The position numbers were made by a program, and so were the translations under genes. The notes under the pieces are model-generated. The model was not told where the DNA came from. It made no database searches and saw only the letters and a list, made by a program, of their open reading frames with translations. Source: an uncultured archaeon (GTDB lineage: Archaea > Thermoplasmatota > Penumbrarchaeia > JASLWR01). Taken from it: 64,000 nt of DNA. This document shows, one piece after another, positions 1 through 10,417 of the stretch (its first letter is position 1; the number at the start of each line of letters is the position of its first letter). Location of the stretch: assembly GCA_964430885.1 (NCBI GenBank), contig CAYSHM010000001.1, forward strand, positions 1 through 64,000, given 5' to 3'.

Positions 1-3000
1 ATCATCATCATCGTCCCAAGAGTCAATATCATCATCGGAATCACCATCTTCCGCTTCAATCGATTCATCATCGGCTGCATCCGCATCATCCGAATCAGAT
101 TCCTTTTCCTCGAGGTCAGATTCTGCATCCATGTCCTCATCATATTCTTCATCATCGTCTTCAGAAGCTATCTTTCTTCTCTTAACATAAACGAATATTA
201 CAAGGATTATCAGCACTATGATGACCCCAACGATAATAGCAAGTGTAGTATAGTCCTTAGATCCGCCACCACCTGAACCATCATCAACCCCTGTGGATGC
301 CATGGGGGCAAATATAGTGAGATGGGTAACATTAGCATAAATAGTATGATTTTCAGTATCGACATAAGTACTTTCACACATCTCCCAACTGCCGGATGAT
401 TCATTCCAGAAATAAAGGCGCAGATCTTCGGCTTTCCCTCCTTCTGGTATATCAGAATCCTTGTAAGGCATCTCAATCATTAGACAATCAAGTTCTTCCA
501 AAGTAATCTCAAGGAAAACTCCCAGATCAATTAATTCAGGGGGCACTTCACCGACTGCACTGCTCATATCCTCAGTACGGGACATCCTCACACGCAGGGT
601 GCCGTTCCCCATAACCTCCAGCTTTACCATCATATTCCCGTAATCATCCCAAATCATCATCCTGCCCATTAATCCCTCCAAAATCGTCATATTCCTATCC
701 ATTAAACCCCACTCGGTTCTAACAGTAAGATTCTTACTAACTGATGAGTTCAGTCCATCATCATCTATTACTGTAAGAGTTACCTGGTAAGTACCTTTTG
801 CAGTGTAGAAATGAGATGTATTTTTTCCTGAAGAAGTGCTGCCGTCCCCAAAATCCCAATTCCATGAAACTATGCTGCCGTCAATATCCCTGGAAGTGTC
901 AGTGAAATTGACCATTTCATTGACCCACGGGAATGCCGGAAGATATCTGAATGAAGCTATAGGAGGATAGAATGTAGAAATATTCCTCTCCCTGACCATT
1001 ATTTGTTGAGTTATATTCCATGCAGACCTTGCATCTTCGGTTTCGGATGTAGGATCATGAACTGAAACGTACAAAGTTACATTATAAACTCCCGATTCTT
1101 CATAACTGTGATTGACGGTCATGCCGGATGAATTGTTCCCATCTCCGAAAAACCAGTTGAATTCCAGTTCATCAAGGGTGATGTTCAAGTAATCACAGGT
1201 CTGGTTGAAGATCACAGCATCTCCTGCCCTTGGAAGAATTGGAGAAAATTCGAAACCTGGCCACACTTCAGAAACTGGTTCCGGCGGCTCACCCACTTCC
1301 ACAACCACGCTCAAGGTGTCAGCATAATAATGTCCTGCGGTGATGGTAAGCATAATTGTATAATTACCTGGAGCAGGGAATGAATGAGTAATCTCTCTTG
1401 TGGATGCGTCGCTGCCGTCACCGAAATCCCATCTCCTGGCCACTATATCGGCAGTGGCTGTTGAATTATCTATGAAATTGAACTCGTTCCATTTCCCAGG
1501 TTCCTGTGAATGAATGATAATAACATCAATATCTACAGATGGGTGCTGGACCACAACTTGAACAATATCTGTGAACACTGCTCCTCCATCATCCGTAAAC
1601 TCAGCCGTCAATTCGTATTGGCCATCAGGCAGACCATAGGTATCCCAATCCAAATACCAGGATGAATTCTCAAATGGGCCTGCAGCTTCACCTATGAGAA
1701 CTGGATCGTCTGAATTCCTCTCCAATACAGGGCCTCTCTGGTAGAAATGACATCTCACTATGTCAGGGTGGTCCAGCTGGGCGCCCAGTTTTATTGATCC
1801 GGTAATATTCTCCTCTCCGTCGGGATAGAGTATCCTCGGAACTATATCTGAATTGACGTATCCCCATATCCACCTGACATTGTTGGACTGATCAGCATCT
1901 TCAGTAGCATTCACAAAGGTCCTGATATAGAACTCACCATCAATGTCTAGATTGATAGGCAAACTGACATTGACCAGATCACCAGGGCCCAAATAGGGCA
2001 GAACAAAGTCCGATTGATCACCGAATATCCAATTTGTCTTTAGGATGGAAATCTCATCTATGGCCATAAATGGACCGTTCACCCCGCTGTCACTTCTGAA
2101 AATGAACTTCATCTTGAACTGACTAGATTGGTATAAAGAAATGTCTATACTGACCCTATTCCACTTTCCGCCGGAGTTTGTGCTGTCAGTCCAAACAGGT
2201 ACACTGTCCCATGAAACACCGCCATCAGAACTCAGGTAGAGCTCACAGGAGTCACCGGATTCCTGCATCCAAGAATTCTCCCAGAAGACTAGGACTGGTG
2301 AAACCGCACCTGAAATGTCTATGGTAGGAGATAAAAGAGAATCATTCTCATTTATCCTGTAAGTATTTCCAGGCAGGAGGCCTCCCGAATTTTCACCTCC
2401 AATATTCATTGACCTGCCTATTGATGAGCCGAAATTCACATCATAATCCCTCAGCCAGGAGGCTCCAAGATTATCTCCAGTGACTGTCCAGCCCTTATCT
2501 TCATTAAAATTATCCTGGAATAGGTATTCCTTTGTGGTATAGGATACCTGGGCCCCAATGTTCAGATCATTGTAGGGGACATTACCATTATTTTCAATCC
2601 ATATCTCTACCTCATGATTTCCTGGCTCATATACTCCACCCTCGGTTATCTTTGAGAGGTTCACTATCTCAACCTCACCAGTGGAGGATTTTGCCACAAT
2701 TGAAATATTATCAATGTGCCAGCCAGCCAAGGAATAATACCCCCCATCATTGGTATCATAGTAAAATATGAACTGAACTGAATCCGACAGATACTTGCTG
2801 ATATCGAAGGATTCGTTCCTCCAGCTCCCCCACTGATTATTCGGATCTTCCCATATCTTCAGAGGATACCAGACCCCGCTTGAATTGCAGTATAAGACTG
2901 GTTCTATACTCGAATAGATCCATTGCCAAAGACGAAGGTTAACAAAATCGTAACCTGAAAGATCTAAATGGGGAGTTGAAAGAATGGATATATTATTGGG

Positions 3001-6000
3001 AGTATCCACCCCCGTCCTGTTGGTGGAAAAGATATTAGGGCCGGGATCATCGCTGTTGGGTCCCTCCGCAGGGAAAAAGGTTCTCTCACCATATTCCCAA
3101 TCACCAGTCCATTCCCATCCCGTGAGAGCACCCTGGTTCTCTAAATCCTCTGACCACAGTGTCTGTATATTCTCACCGCCCAGTATAACCGTTCCTGTGG
3201 CATTGTATGTATTGTTAGGATTGCCTTCATAACCGGGAAGATTAGATGTAATATTGAAATAGACCTGATAATCCGTTCCTATATCTGCATCCTTGGGAAT
3301 CTCCAATTCAACTATGAATGTTCTGGGTGAACCCGGATGAATGTTCATTAATTTATGACCGTCGGGGCCCTGCATATCCGCAAGGGGCATTATAGCTCCA
3401 TTGCTGTTCCTGACCTGGTATTCACAATTGGGCACCACTGAGACCTCTATCTCAAGTATTTCCACCGGAATAAATCTTTTCATGGTGGAATTGTTCGTCC
3501 TATCCCCCTGTACAAAGGTATCAACGGTAAGATTGAAGCCCTCTATGCTGCTGGCGAGATTCTCCACTGTGAACTCCATAGTGACATCGTTCCCCGGAGC
3601 TGCAAACACCTGACTGTCAGTATATTGTTCAGGCATCGATACCCTAGGAAGGAAAGTTGATTCCATGGTGTTATAATCAGGACCATCAAGCCAAAGGTAT
3701 GTGGTGTAAGAATCCCCAGAAGCGATATTCTGACCACCAGTAATACCGTTGCCATCTACAGCCCAGGCCATATCATCGACCAAAACATCACTGGTAATTC
3801 TTCTGGTGACGCTATCCTTATTGATATAAGTAATGAGGTTATCGAATTTAACCATGGAATATCCACCGTCATACCAAACCGGGATTAACTCACCCTCAGT
3901 AATAGGAAGCTCTGAATAAATCGAATCAAAATGTGCTTCAGGAAGTCTGCACATACCGTAATCGTATTCCCCGTTCCAGGCCAGAATCCCTGCATTCCAG
4001 AGATGGGAATGATGCTGAATGGTTATGGCAGGTGAGAGACAACCTAGAATACTTACCATATCCGAATCCAATTCAGCATTTGCCTCAGCAGAAACATGTC
4101 CGGTATAAGCAGCAGAATTCTCTGTATCCACAATGCTGATATCGTCTGCAGACACCAGATGGGTTGCATGTCCAAAAAGACTGTAATCAAATTTCTCATT
4201 GACCAAACCCTCCCCGAACAAACCCCAATTGAACAGTATCTCGCCTTCCCTGACAAGATAGCCGCATTTTTTCTCGATAGAAATTGAACCAACAGCCTCC
4301 ATCTGAAATTCCAAATCGGGAAACCGGCTGATATCCTTCGAGAAAATTCCCATACCCGTTATCTCAAGTGACCAGCCACGGGTGGTGTTCTGAAATATAA
4401 TATTCAGATAATCAGAAAGCAACAGTTCATCGGATATTACTTTCTGAGAAACAAGATGGTCAAACCAGCTGTTAATATTCACGATTCTGTTTGTAATGTA
4501 CTGATCCAGAGTGCAGATGTTTTCCGTATGGATCCTGAAATCGTCAGTTATGCCCTTGAAAAGTATACCGTCATCTTGTATCAGCGAAGACCACTCACCC
4601 TGTATCATTCCTCCTGGAAGATCTGTATCTGCGTACAATCTGTCACCGGTCCACACCTGAAAGTCTACAATATTCCTACCAATCATGCTGCCGCTGGTAA
4701 GGATAACAACATCCCCTGTGTTGTTGAAAATATCAGGCTCAGACGAGGTTCCCTCATCATCGCTGTACCAGTGTCCAACATTGATTTCTGAGTACCCCGT
4801 ATCGTCTACCCCCGGTCCGAAATGAAGGAAAATTACTGATTCCTCTGGCAGAATCACATCTTCGATTAGAGCACACTGCTGTCCCTGGCCGTTAAAAATC
4901 CTGAAACCGCTGAGGTTGAGCTCCTCCCCGTAATTGTATAGAACTATTTCCTCCGTTCCCGGGGCACCCCCCAGAGTATAATCGTAGATAAATAAGGAAT
5001 ATGAATTCTTCTTTCCGAGTGTAGGGCCGTTGGCAAAGGGGCCACCTCCGATATCCCAATCCTCTGCAGTATTTGTATCAGTAGAGAACTGGTCCCTTCC
5101 AATGCTGTCACCAGTCTCAAAGTCATCCTCGACATATGAACCTAAGGTCCACATACTATTATCTTGGGCATCGGTACTAACATCTCTGGTATTTAGATCG
5201 CCCCAACCCACATAATCAACGATTTTTGTTGGAGAATACAGTCCTACATCATCAATATTATCATCAAACACTTCCTCCACCACCCTGTAATAATATTCGG
5301 CACAGCCATCAGTGAGGTCCGTATCATTAACGTAGCCGAATACTGTAAGCTCGGACATAAAGTTCAGAACAATACAACTTCCTGGTGGGAGCAGAATCTC
5401 AGGCAGTTCATACCGGGATCCTGAACTGCTTTCAATATACCAGCTCTGAGTGTTCACACTGCCGCCCAAAGGATTTCTGATCTCCAAGGCCTCATGAGAA
5501 TTCACCCCTTCGGGTGAAACGAACATAATCTCGTTGATCAAAACGGTTCCAGGGACCCAACGATAATTAAAGGTATCATTATCCGTATACCATACCCTTC
5601 CCAAGGATGAACCTTCAACATATGTGGTGTTTATTCTGAATATATTACCTTCCAGCAGATCTGCACCGGACGCGTCCCTTTCAGCTTTCCCAGGTATAGA
5701 TGTATCGGACACATTGATCTTCCATGAAACGTAATCTACAATGGAAGGAAGGTCATTCTCCACCATGTAAAGGGCTGCGGAACCCAAAGTATTATTGAAG
5801 GTCTCAAAATGATTCTGGGTATAGTAATGGCCAAATGTATCATCCTGAAAATCAAGAGCTGCATCACCCCTGCCGAAATGAACCACTAGGGTACAGAATC
5901 CAGGTAATATTATATCTGATAATACCGCATCTATCTCTCCATCCCGGTTTGATATTCCCCATCCTTCCAGGTCCACATCGTTCTCACCGGAATTATAGAT

Positions 6001-6327
6001 AGATAACCATTCTCTTCCAGTATCTTCACCATAGGGATTGAACATTATTTCAGACAGCATCACCTTAAGTAGAGGATCCCCGCTCCTGGAAGGATAAACA
6101 TTGTTCAAATGGACGTCTGGTACATTATCCGATCCATCATCAGTGACCTTCATTTCCTTAGGATATCCTGAATCCTTGGCAAATATTGACATGAAGGCCC
6201 CCGAGCACAGGAGCAGCACCGTAAGAACTGGCAGTATTTTATCTATGGAAAAACCATATGTTCCGGTTTTGCTAATTATACCTGCTGGCACTGGATTCAA
6301 CAAACTCATTCTATATTTGAAATTCAT
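1..6327 (-). CDS. Giant cell-surface protein (>=2109 aa, 3' end outside the window): 3 lamin-tail-like domains, jelly-roll/MAM-like modules, Ig-like and >=3 PKD repeats, GPS/GAIN-like domain, C-terminal TM helix and acidic tail
   Basis: Absent from the ORF track, which is expected if there is no in-frame stop inside the window. Hand translation: ATG at 6327 after a GAGGTG SD-like motif, and the same frame at 4983, 1143, 843, 303 and 3. Motifs: VMLSEIMFNPYGEDTGREWLSIYNSG (LTD), WxFGDG x3, THLTIFA, AIIVGVIIVLIILVIFVYVKRRK, then a D/E-rich tail. Confidence 0.9.
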   Translation of the reverse strand, partial: MNFKYRMSLLNPVPAGIISKTGTYGFSIDKILPVLTVLLLCSGAFMSIFAKDSGYPKEMKVTDDGSDNVPDVHLNNVYPSRSGDPLLKVMLSEIMFNPYGEDTGREWLSIYNSGENDVDLEGWGISNRDGEIDAVLSDIILPGFCTLVVHFGRGDAALDFQDDTFGHYYTQNHFETFNNTLGSAALYMVENDLPSIVDYVSWKINVSDTSIPGKAERDASGADLLEGNIFRINTTYVEGSSLGRVWYTDNDTFNYRWVPGTVLINEIMFVSPEGVNSHEALEIRNPLGGSVNTQSWYIESSSGSRYELPEILLPPGSCIVLNFMSELTVFGYVNDTDLTDGCAEYYYRVVEEVFDDNIDDVGLYSPTKIVDYVGWGDLNTRDVSTDAQDNSMWTLGSYVEDDFETGDSIGRDQFSTDTNTAEDWDIGGGPFANGPTLGKKNSYSLFIYDYTLGGAPGTEEIVLYNYGEELNLSGFRIFNGQGQQCALIEDVILPEESVIFLHFGPGVDDTGYSEINVGHWYSDDEGTSSEPDIFNNTGDVVILTSGSMIGRNIVDFQVWTGDRLYADTDLPGGMIQGEWSSLIQDDGILFKGITDDFRIHTENICTLDQYITNRIVNINSWFDHLVSQKVISDELLLSDYLNIIFQNTTRGWSLEITGMGIFSKDISRFPDLEFQMEAVGSISIEKKCGYLVREGEILFNWGLFGEGLVNEKFDYSLFGHATHLVSADDISIVDTENSAAYTGHVSAEANAELDSDMVSILGCLSPAITIQHHSHLWNAGILAWNGEYDYGMCRLPEAHFDSIYSELPITEGELIPVWYDGGYSMVKFDNLITYINKDSVTRRITSDVLVDDMAWAVDGNGITGGQNIASGDSYTTYLWLDGPDYNTMESTFLPRVSMPEQYTDSQVFAAPGNDVTMEFTVENLASSIEGFNLTVDTFVQGDRTNNSTMKRFIPVEILEIEVSVVPNCEYQVRNSNGAIMPLADMQGPDGHKLMNIHPGSPRTFIVELEIPKDADIGTDYQVYFNITSNLPGYEGNPNNTYNATGTVILGGENIQTLWSEDLENQGALTGWEWTGDWEYGERTFFPAEGPNSDDPGPNIFSTNRTGVDTPNNISILSTPHLDLSGYDFVNLRLWQWIYSSIEPVLYCNSSGVWYPLKIWEDPNNQWGSWRNESFDISKYLSDSVQFIFYYDTNDGGYYSLAGWHIDNISIVAKSSTGEVEIVNLSKITEGGVYEPGNHEVEIWIENNGNVPYNDLNIGAQVSYTTKEYLFQDNFNEDKGWTVTGDNLGASWLRDYDVNFGSSIGRSMNIGGENSGGLLPGNTYRINENDSLLSPTIDISGAVSPVLVFWENSWMQESGDSCELYLSSDGGVSWDSVPVWTDSTNSGGKWNRVSIDISLYQSSQFKMKFIFRSDSGVNGPFMAIDEISILKTNWIFGDQSDFVLPYLGPGDLVNVSLPINLDIDGEFYIRTFVNATEDADQSNNVRWIWGYVNSDIVPRILYPDGEENITGSIKLGAQLDHPDIVRCHFYQRGPVLERNSDDPVLIGEAAGPFENSSWYLDWDTYGLPDGQYELTAEFTDDGGAVFTDIVQVVVQHPSVDIDVIIIHSQEPGKWNEFNFIDNSTATADIVARRWDFGDGSDASTREITHSFPAPGNYTIMLTITAGHYYADTLSVVVEVGEPPEPVSEVWPGFEFSPILPRAGDAVIFNQTCDYLNITLDELEFNWFFGDGNNSSGMTVNHSYEESGVYNVTLYVSVHDPTSETEDARSAWNITQQIMVRERNISTFYPPIASFRYLPAFPWVNEMVNFTDTSRDIDGSIVSWNWDFGDGSTSSGKNTSHFYTAKGTYQVTLTVIDDDGLNSSVSKNLTVRTEWGLMDRNMTILEGLMGRMMIWDDYGNMMVKLEVMGNGTLRVRMSRTEDMSSAVGEVPPELIDLGVFLEITLEELDCLMIEMPYKDSDIPEGGKAEDLRLYFWNESSGSWEMCESTYVDTENHTIYANVTHLTIFAPMASTGVDDGSGGGGSKDYTTLAIIVGVIIVLIILVIFVYVKRRKIASEDDDEEYDEDMDAESDLEEKESDSDDADAADDESIEAEDGDSDDDIDSWDDDDD

Positions 6328-6643
6328 ATTATAAACACCTCTATCAAATCATGCTGCTATATATTAAGCATTTGATCAGTTCCCTATTCTTAGATGGTTG
6401 ACAGAATCTGATGGGAATATTCGAGTGTTATATGGCTATAAGGCTATATATTTATATTGGATAGATGAAAGGAGCACGGAGAAACAAATTTTTACTTCGA
6501 GATGTGAATGTAATAGACAGAGCAATATTCTTTTTTTAAATATAAAGCTGATACTACACATTTATTATCCTTCAAACCTTTTTCCCATTAGTTAAAAACA
6601 TGTACTATCGATCTGTTATCATAACTTTCTCATAGGATACAGT

Positions 6644-7633
6644 ATGTTGGGATTCGAAATGACCATTATTAGAACAGGTAATCTATCCAAATACTTCGGA
6701 GGGGTTAAGGCACTGGATAGTGTAACAGTTGTAATTCCTGATGGAGCGGTTGGCCTCCTTGGACCTAACGGGGCAGGCAAAACAACATTGATAAGGGTTC
6801 TACTTGGTCTATCCAAAGCCAGTTTAGGTACAACCAGTATCATGGGTCAGGCACTCTCTGATAAGAACTACGAGATCAGAAAAAGAATTGGCTATATGCC
6901 CGAACACGAATGTTTGACGCCAACCATGAACGCCGTAGCCTTTGTATCCTATATGGCAATGCTCAACGGCCTTCCCAGTAGCGATGCAATGAAACGAACC
7001 CACGAGGTCCTGAACTATGTTGGCATCGATGATGAGAGATACCGACTGATCAAATCCTATTCCACTGGGATGCGCCAGAAGATCAAGTTCGCACAATCCA
7101 TAGTTCATGACCCTGAACTTCTGATACTTGACGAACCTACAAATGGAATGGATCCAAAGGGAAGAAGGGATATACTGAACCTAATAAAGGACATCAACAG
7201 GAACCAGAAGAAATCCCTCATTCTATCATCCCATATTCTTGATGATGTGCAAGAAGTATGCGAACATGTGGTGGTACTAAACCAGGGACGGCTGGTCCTT
7301 CAGAACAACATTTCAGAGCTTACCGGAGGCAGCAAAGATTCCATGGATATCAAGATCAAGGGAGATGAACAATTATTTCTAAGTAAAATGGGCGATGCTG
7401 GATTCGAGGTTACAAGGGAAGGACGGCTGTTCAGGATCAAACACGAAAAAAAAGGATTAGGGCCAATTCTGAGAATATGTGCGGAGAACGAAATACAGCT
7501 ACGTTACGCAAACCAGAGCCTCAATTCATTGGAGGATATATTTATAGGTGCTTTGTCCGGAGGCATTTCAGGGCAAATCAACAAATCTGCTATTTCCAAA
7601 ACTATGTCCGGGGGTGATGATAATGCCCGTTGA
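6644..7633 (+). CDS. ABC transporter ATP-binding protein (ABC-2/DrrA-like)
   Basis: Walker A GPNGAGKTT, signature YSTGMRQK, Walker B LILDEPT, H-loop SSH. Confidence 0.95.
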   Translation: MLGFEMTIIRTGNLSKYFGGVKALDSVTVVIPDGAVGLLGPNGAGKTTLIRVLLGLSKASLGTTSIMGQALSDKNYEIRKRIGYMPEHECLTPTMNAVAFVSYMAMLNGLPSSDAMKRTHEVLNYVGIDDERYRLIKSYSTGMRQKIKFAQSIVHDPELLILDEPTNGMDPKGRRDILNLIKDINRNQKKSLILSSHILDDVQEVCEHVVVLNQGRLVLQNNISELTGGSKDSMDIKIKGDEQLFLSKMGDAGFEVTREGRLFRIKHEKKGLGPILRICAENEIQLRYANQSLNSLEDIFIGALSGGISGQINKSAISKTMSGGDDNAR

Positions 7634-9494
7634 CAGAGGAAATTACAGACCTTGGGAAGGTAGTCACACCGGTGTTGCCTCCAGGGTGCTCGCCATATTC
7701 AAGAGCGATGTTAGATACAAGATCAAAAGGCCCGCCACAATAGTAATAATAGTGCTTATCGGCCTTTATACCCTGGTTAATGCCCTGATACCCATATTTG
7801 GCAATATATTCGGCGGGGACAACATCTTTCTAGAGAACGAGTCACCTGAATATGTGGACGATATAGTGCCAGAGATAAGAATAGTATCAGTGGATATTCT
7901 CGATGAAGAACTCAATATTACTGACTCCGGTAAAGCTCTGGCAAGTTCCTTCGACATATCACTGAAAAAGAATCACATAGTGAGATATTCAATAGTCATC
8001 AGCAACCGGGGTGGAGATTACGGCGAGATAAACACCATTCTGTCCCCCAGGTCTATCTTCGGTTCAGTTGATCAGTGGGAATATTATCTGGATGGAAATA
8101 AATACAACGGAGTGTCCCACGATAGAGGCGGTTTACACCTGGGAATAATCGAACTCGATTCCAAGGAGAGTACCACAATATTTCTAAACATCAAACTGTT
8201 GAATGACAGTCAGCCCACATGCGTATCAATGGAGCTTGCAACGGAGATAAGCGGCGAGAAGTTTGATGAAGATTATGATTATTACAGTATATGGGATAGT
8301 TACAGAAGCATGATATTAATGACCATCAGAAGTGAAGAATCAAATACTTCCCTAGTTGAACTTGGTAGTCTGATAGATCTGGAATTCATTCAGCTGAAAG
8401 CTCCTGTGACCGGTGATATCATCAGTGACGAGTTAGCTGTTTTTGATAATCCCCCACCTGCAAAATGGAAGGACACAATAGAATTCTCCTATAGAATAAT
8501 AAATAACTACCAGAAGGATCTGCAGGTCTACCTTGAAGAGATGAGCTATCAGCCATGGGTCGTCACTCCCCTGAATGGAAAGAACGACCCCTTTATACTT
8601 GGATCAGGACGTGAAAATTCAGGGGAAATAAGTATATCAATTACCCCAACAACAGACGATGCACCCAATGTGTATTATGTTATTTACAGGATCAATCTTC
8701 TGGAGGCGGTTACCAGACAGAGCAGACCCGGGAAATATTACCCTGATGACATCAGTGATGAGTACGAGGGAGAGTATGAGCAGGGAGACGATATCGTCAA
8801 TTCCACATATCTAGTGATACCTGTAAAGGTGGTTGAAAAGGATCTGGGAACCAGGGATGAAACAGGAAGCTTCTTTTTCAATGCCTTTTTCGCCGGGGGT
8901 GTCAATATATGGGTGATCATTTTCGGTGTAATATTAGGTTCTGGTATGATAGCTGATGACAAGGCCAATAAGAGTCTTCCTCTTTTCCATTCAAAAGCCA
9001 TTCCGAAATACGGTTACGCCTTGGGAAAATTCATTACATTAACATTCCTTTTAATGCTGGTCACAGGTATATGGAGCATTGTCTGGTTCTCGGCAATAAT
9101 GATTGTAGGTGGATTCTCTTGGAGCTTTTTCACCGCCCATTTATGGATAATTGGCGCCCTGGGGCTCTACGGATTGATCATAAGCCTGGTAATGTCAGGT
9201 ATGGTACTAGCACTATCCTCTCTAACCGATAATAGATACTATGTGGGTGCTTCCATAATATCTCTCTTCGTGATACTTGCCATTGTGGGGCCCCTGCTCA
9301 GAGCAATAACCGATAACAAATATTTCTCTCTTGTATCCATCAGCCATAATATGAGATATGTCGGTCTATATATATTCGATATGACGCCCCCTACACTCGA
9401 GTGGTGGTGGCCCGCTCTAGTGCTCGGATCCATTTTCATCTGCACCCTTTTGATAATATACCGTCAACTAGTGGTCGGGAGGGGAGATGTGTAA
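7623..9494 (+). CDS. ABC-2 type permease with a large extracellular insertion
   Basis: Likely start ATG 7623, overlapping the upstream stop region. One N-terminal TM, ~360 aa hydrophilic segment, then 5 TMs with GSGMIADDKANKSLPLFHSKAI..YALGK. Confidence 0.85.
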   Translation: MPVDRGNYRPWEGSHTGVASRVLAIFKSDVRYKIKRPATIVIIVLIGLYTLVNALIPIFGNIFGGDNIFLENESPEYVDDIVPEIRIVSVDILDEELNITDSGKALASSFDISLKKNHIVRYSIVISNRGGDYGEINTILSPRSIFGSVDQWEYYLDGNKYNGVSHDRGGLHLGIIELDSKESTTIFLNIKLLNDSQPTCVSMELATEISGEKFDEDYDYYSIWDSYRSMILMTIRSEESNTSLVELGSLIDLEFIQLKAPVTGDIISDELAVFDNPPPAKWKDTIEFSYRIINNYQKDLQVYLEEMSYQPWVVTPLNGKNDPFILGSGRENSGEISISITPTTDDAPNVYYVIYRINLLEAVTRQSRPGKYYPDDISDEYEGEYEQGDDIVNSTYLVIPVKVVEKDLGTRDETGSFFFNAFFAGGVNIWVIIFGVILGSGMIADDKANKSLPLFHSKAIPKYGYALGKFITLTFLLMLVTGIWSIVWFSAIMIVGGFSWSFFTAHLWIIGALGLYGLIISLVMSGMVLALSSLTDNRYYVGASIISLFVILAIVGPLLRAITDNKYFSLVSISHNMRYVGLYIFDMTPPTLEWWWPALVLGSIFICTLLIIYRQLVVGRGDV

Positions 9495-10417
9495 TGCTGG
9501 CCTTCGATAATGTATCTAAATGGTACGGACAGGTTTTGGGTATAATGGACGTATCCACATCTCTTGAAAAAGGCGTAATAGGGATACTGGGACCGAATGG
9601 TGCAGGAAAATCCACCTTCTTGAAACTAGCTACCGGTCAATTGAGACCTGATAAAGGAAAGGTCACAGTATTTGGAGAATCAGTCTGGAACAACAGCAAT
9701 TACACCAAACATGTGGGGTACTGTCCGGAATACGAGAACATGTACGACTGGATGACAGGATATGAATTCGTGAACAGCATGCTTCTACTTTCAGGTTTTC
9801 AGCGGGAAAAAGCAAAGGAACTCACTCGAAGAGCTATGAAAAGGGTGAACATGGAGAAACGCGGTGTTAGGAAGATTAGAACCTACAGCAAGGGAATGAG
9901 ACAAAGGATAAAAATAGCACAGGCAATAGCCCACCGCCCCAAGATACTTTTCCTAGACGAACCACTTGCAGGAACTGATCCTATGGGGCGTATCGAAATA
10001 ATCAAACTGATAAGAGAGTTGGGTAAAAGAGAGATGACGGTGGTGGTCTCCAGCCATATCCTCCATGAAGTGGAGAAGATGACTGAGAGGCTGATAATGC
10101 TCTATAAAGGAAGGGTAATAGCCTGGGGAAATATGGAAGAGATCAGGGATAAACTCGATGAGTTCCCCCATACACTGGAGATAAGGTGCAGTGAGATAAA
10201 TAAGCTAGCAAAGATCGCCATAGACCTTCCCGGGGTCACTTCTGTAAAGATCAAGAAGAACGGTATAAATGTGTTGATGACAGAACCGAACAAATTCTAT
10301 TTGGAGCTGCCGAAGGTTCTGGTCAAGAACAATATCACCATCCAGGGGATGGGATCCCTTGATGAAGATCTCGAATCAATTTTTTCATATCTGGTCAGGA
10401 GGAATGATAGAGCATGA
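9494..10417 (+). CDS. ABC transporter ATP-binding protein
   Basis: TAATG stop/start overlap at 9492-9496; GPNGAGKST, YSKGMRQR, LFLDEP. Confidence 0.95.
   Translation: MLAFDNVSKWYGQVLGIMDVSTSLEKGVIGILGPNGAGKSTFLKLATGQLRPDKGKVTVFGESVWNNSNYTKHVGYCPEYENMYDWMTGYEFVNSMLLLSGFQREKAKELTRRAMKRVNMEKRGVRKIRTYSKGMRQRIKIAQAIAHRPKILFLDEPLAGTDPMGRIEIIKLIRELGKREMTVVVSSHILHEVEKMTERLIMLYKGRVIAWGNMEEIRDKLDEFPHTLEIRCSEINKLAKIAIDLPGVTSVKIKKNGINVLMTEPNKFYLELPKVLVKNNITIQGMGSLDEDLESIFSYLVRRNDRA

Noticed and set aside
216-6595. Many short ORFs in the track suggesting a gene-poor or pseudogenised region
   Set aside because: They are shadows of the single giant minus-strand CDS starting at 6327, or fall in the adjacent intergenic gap.
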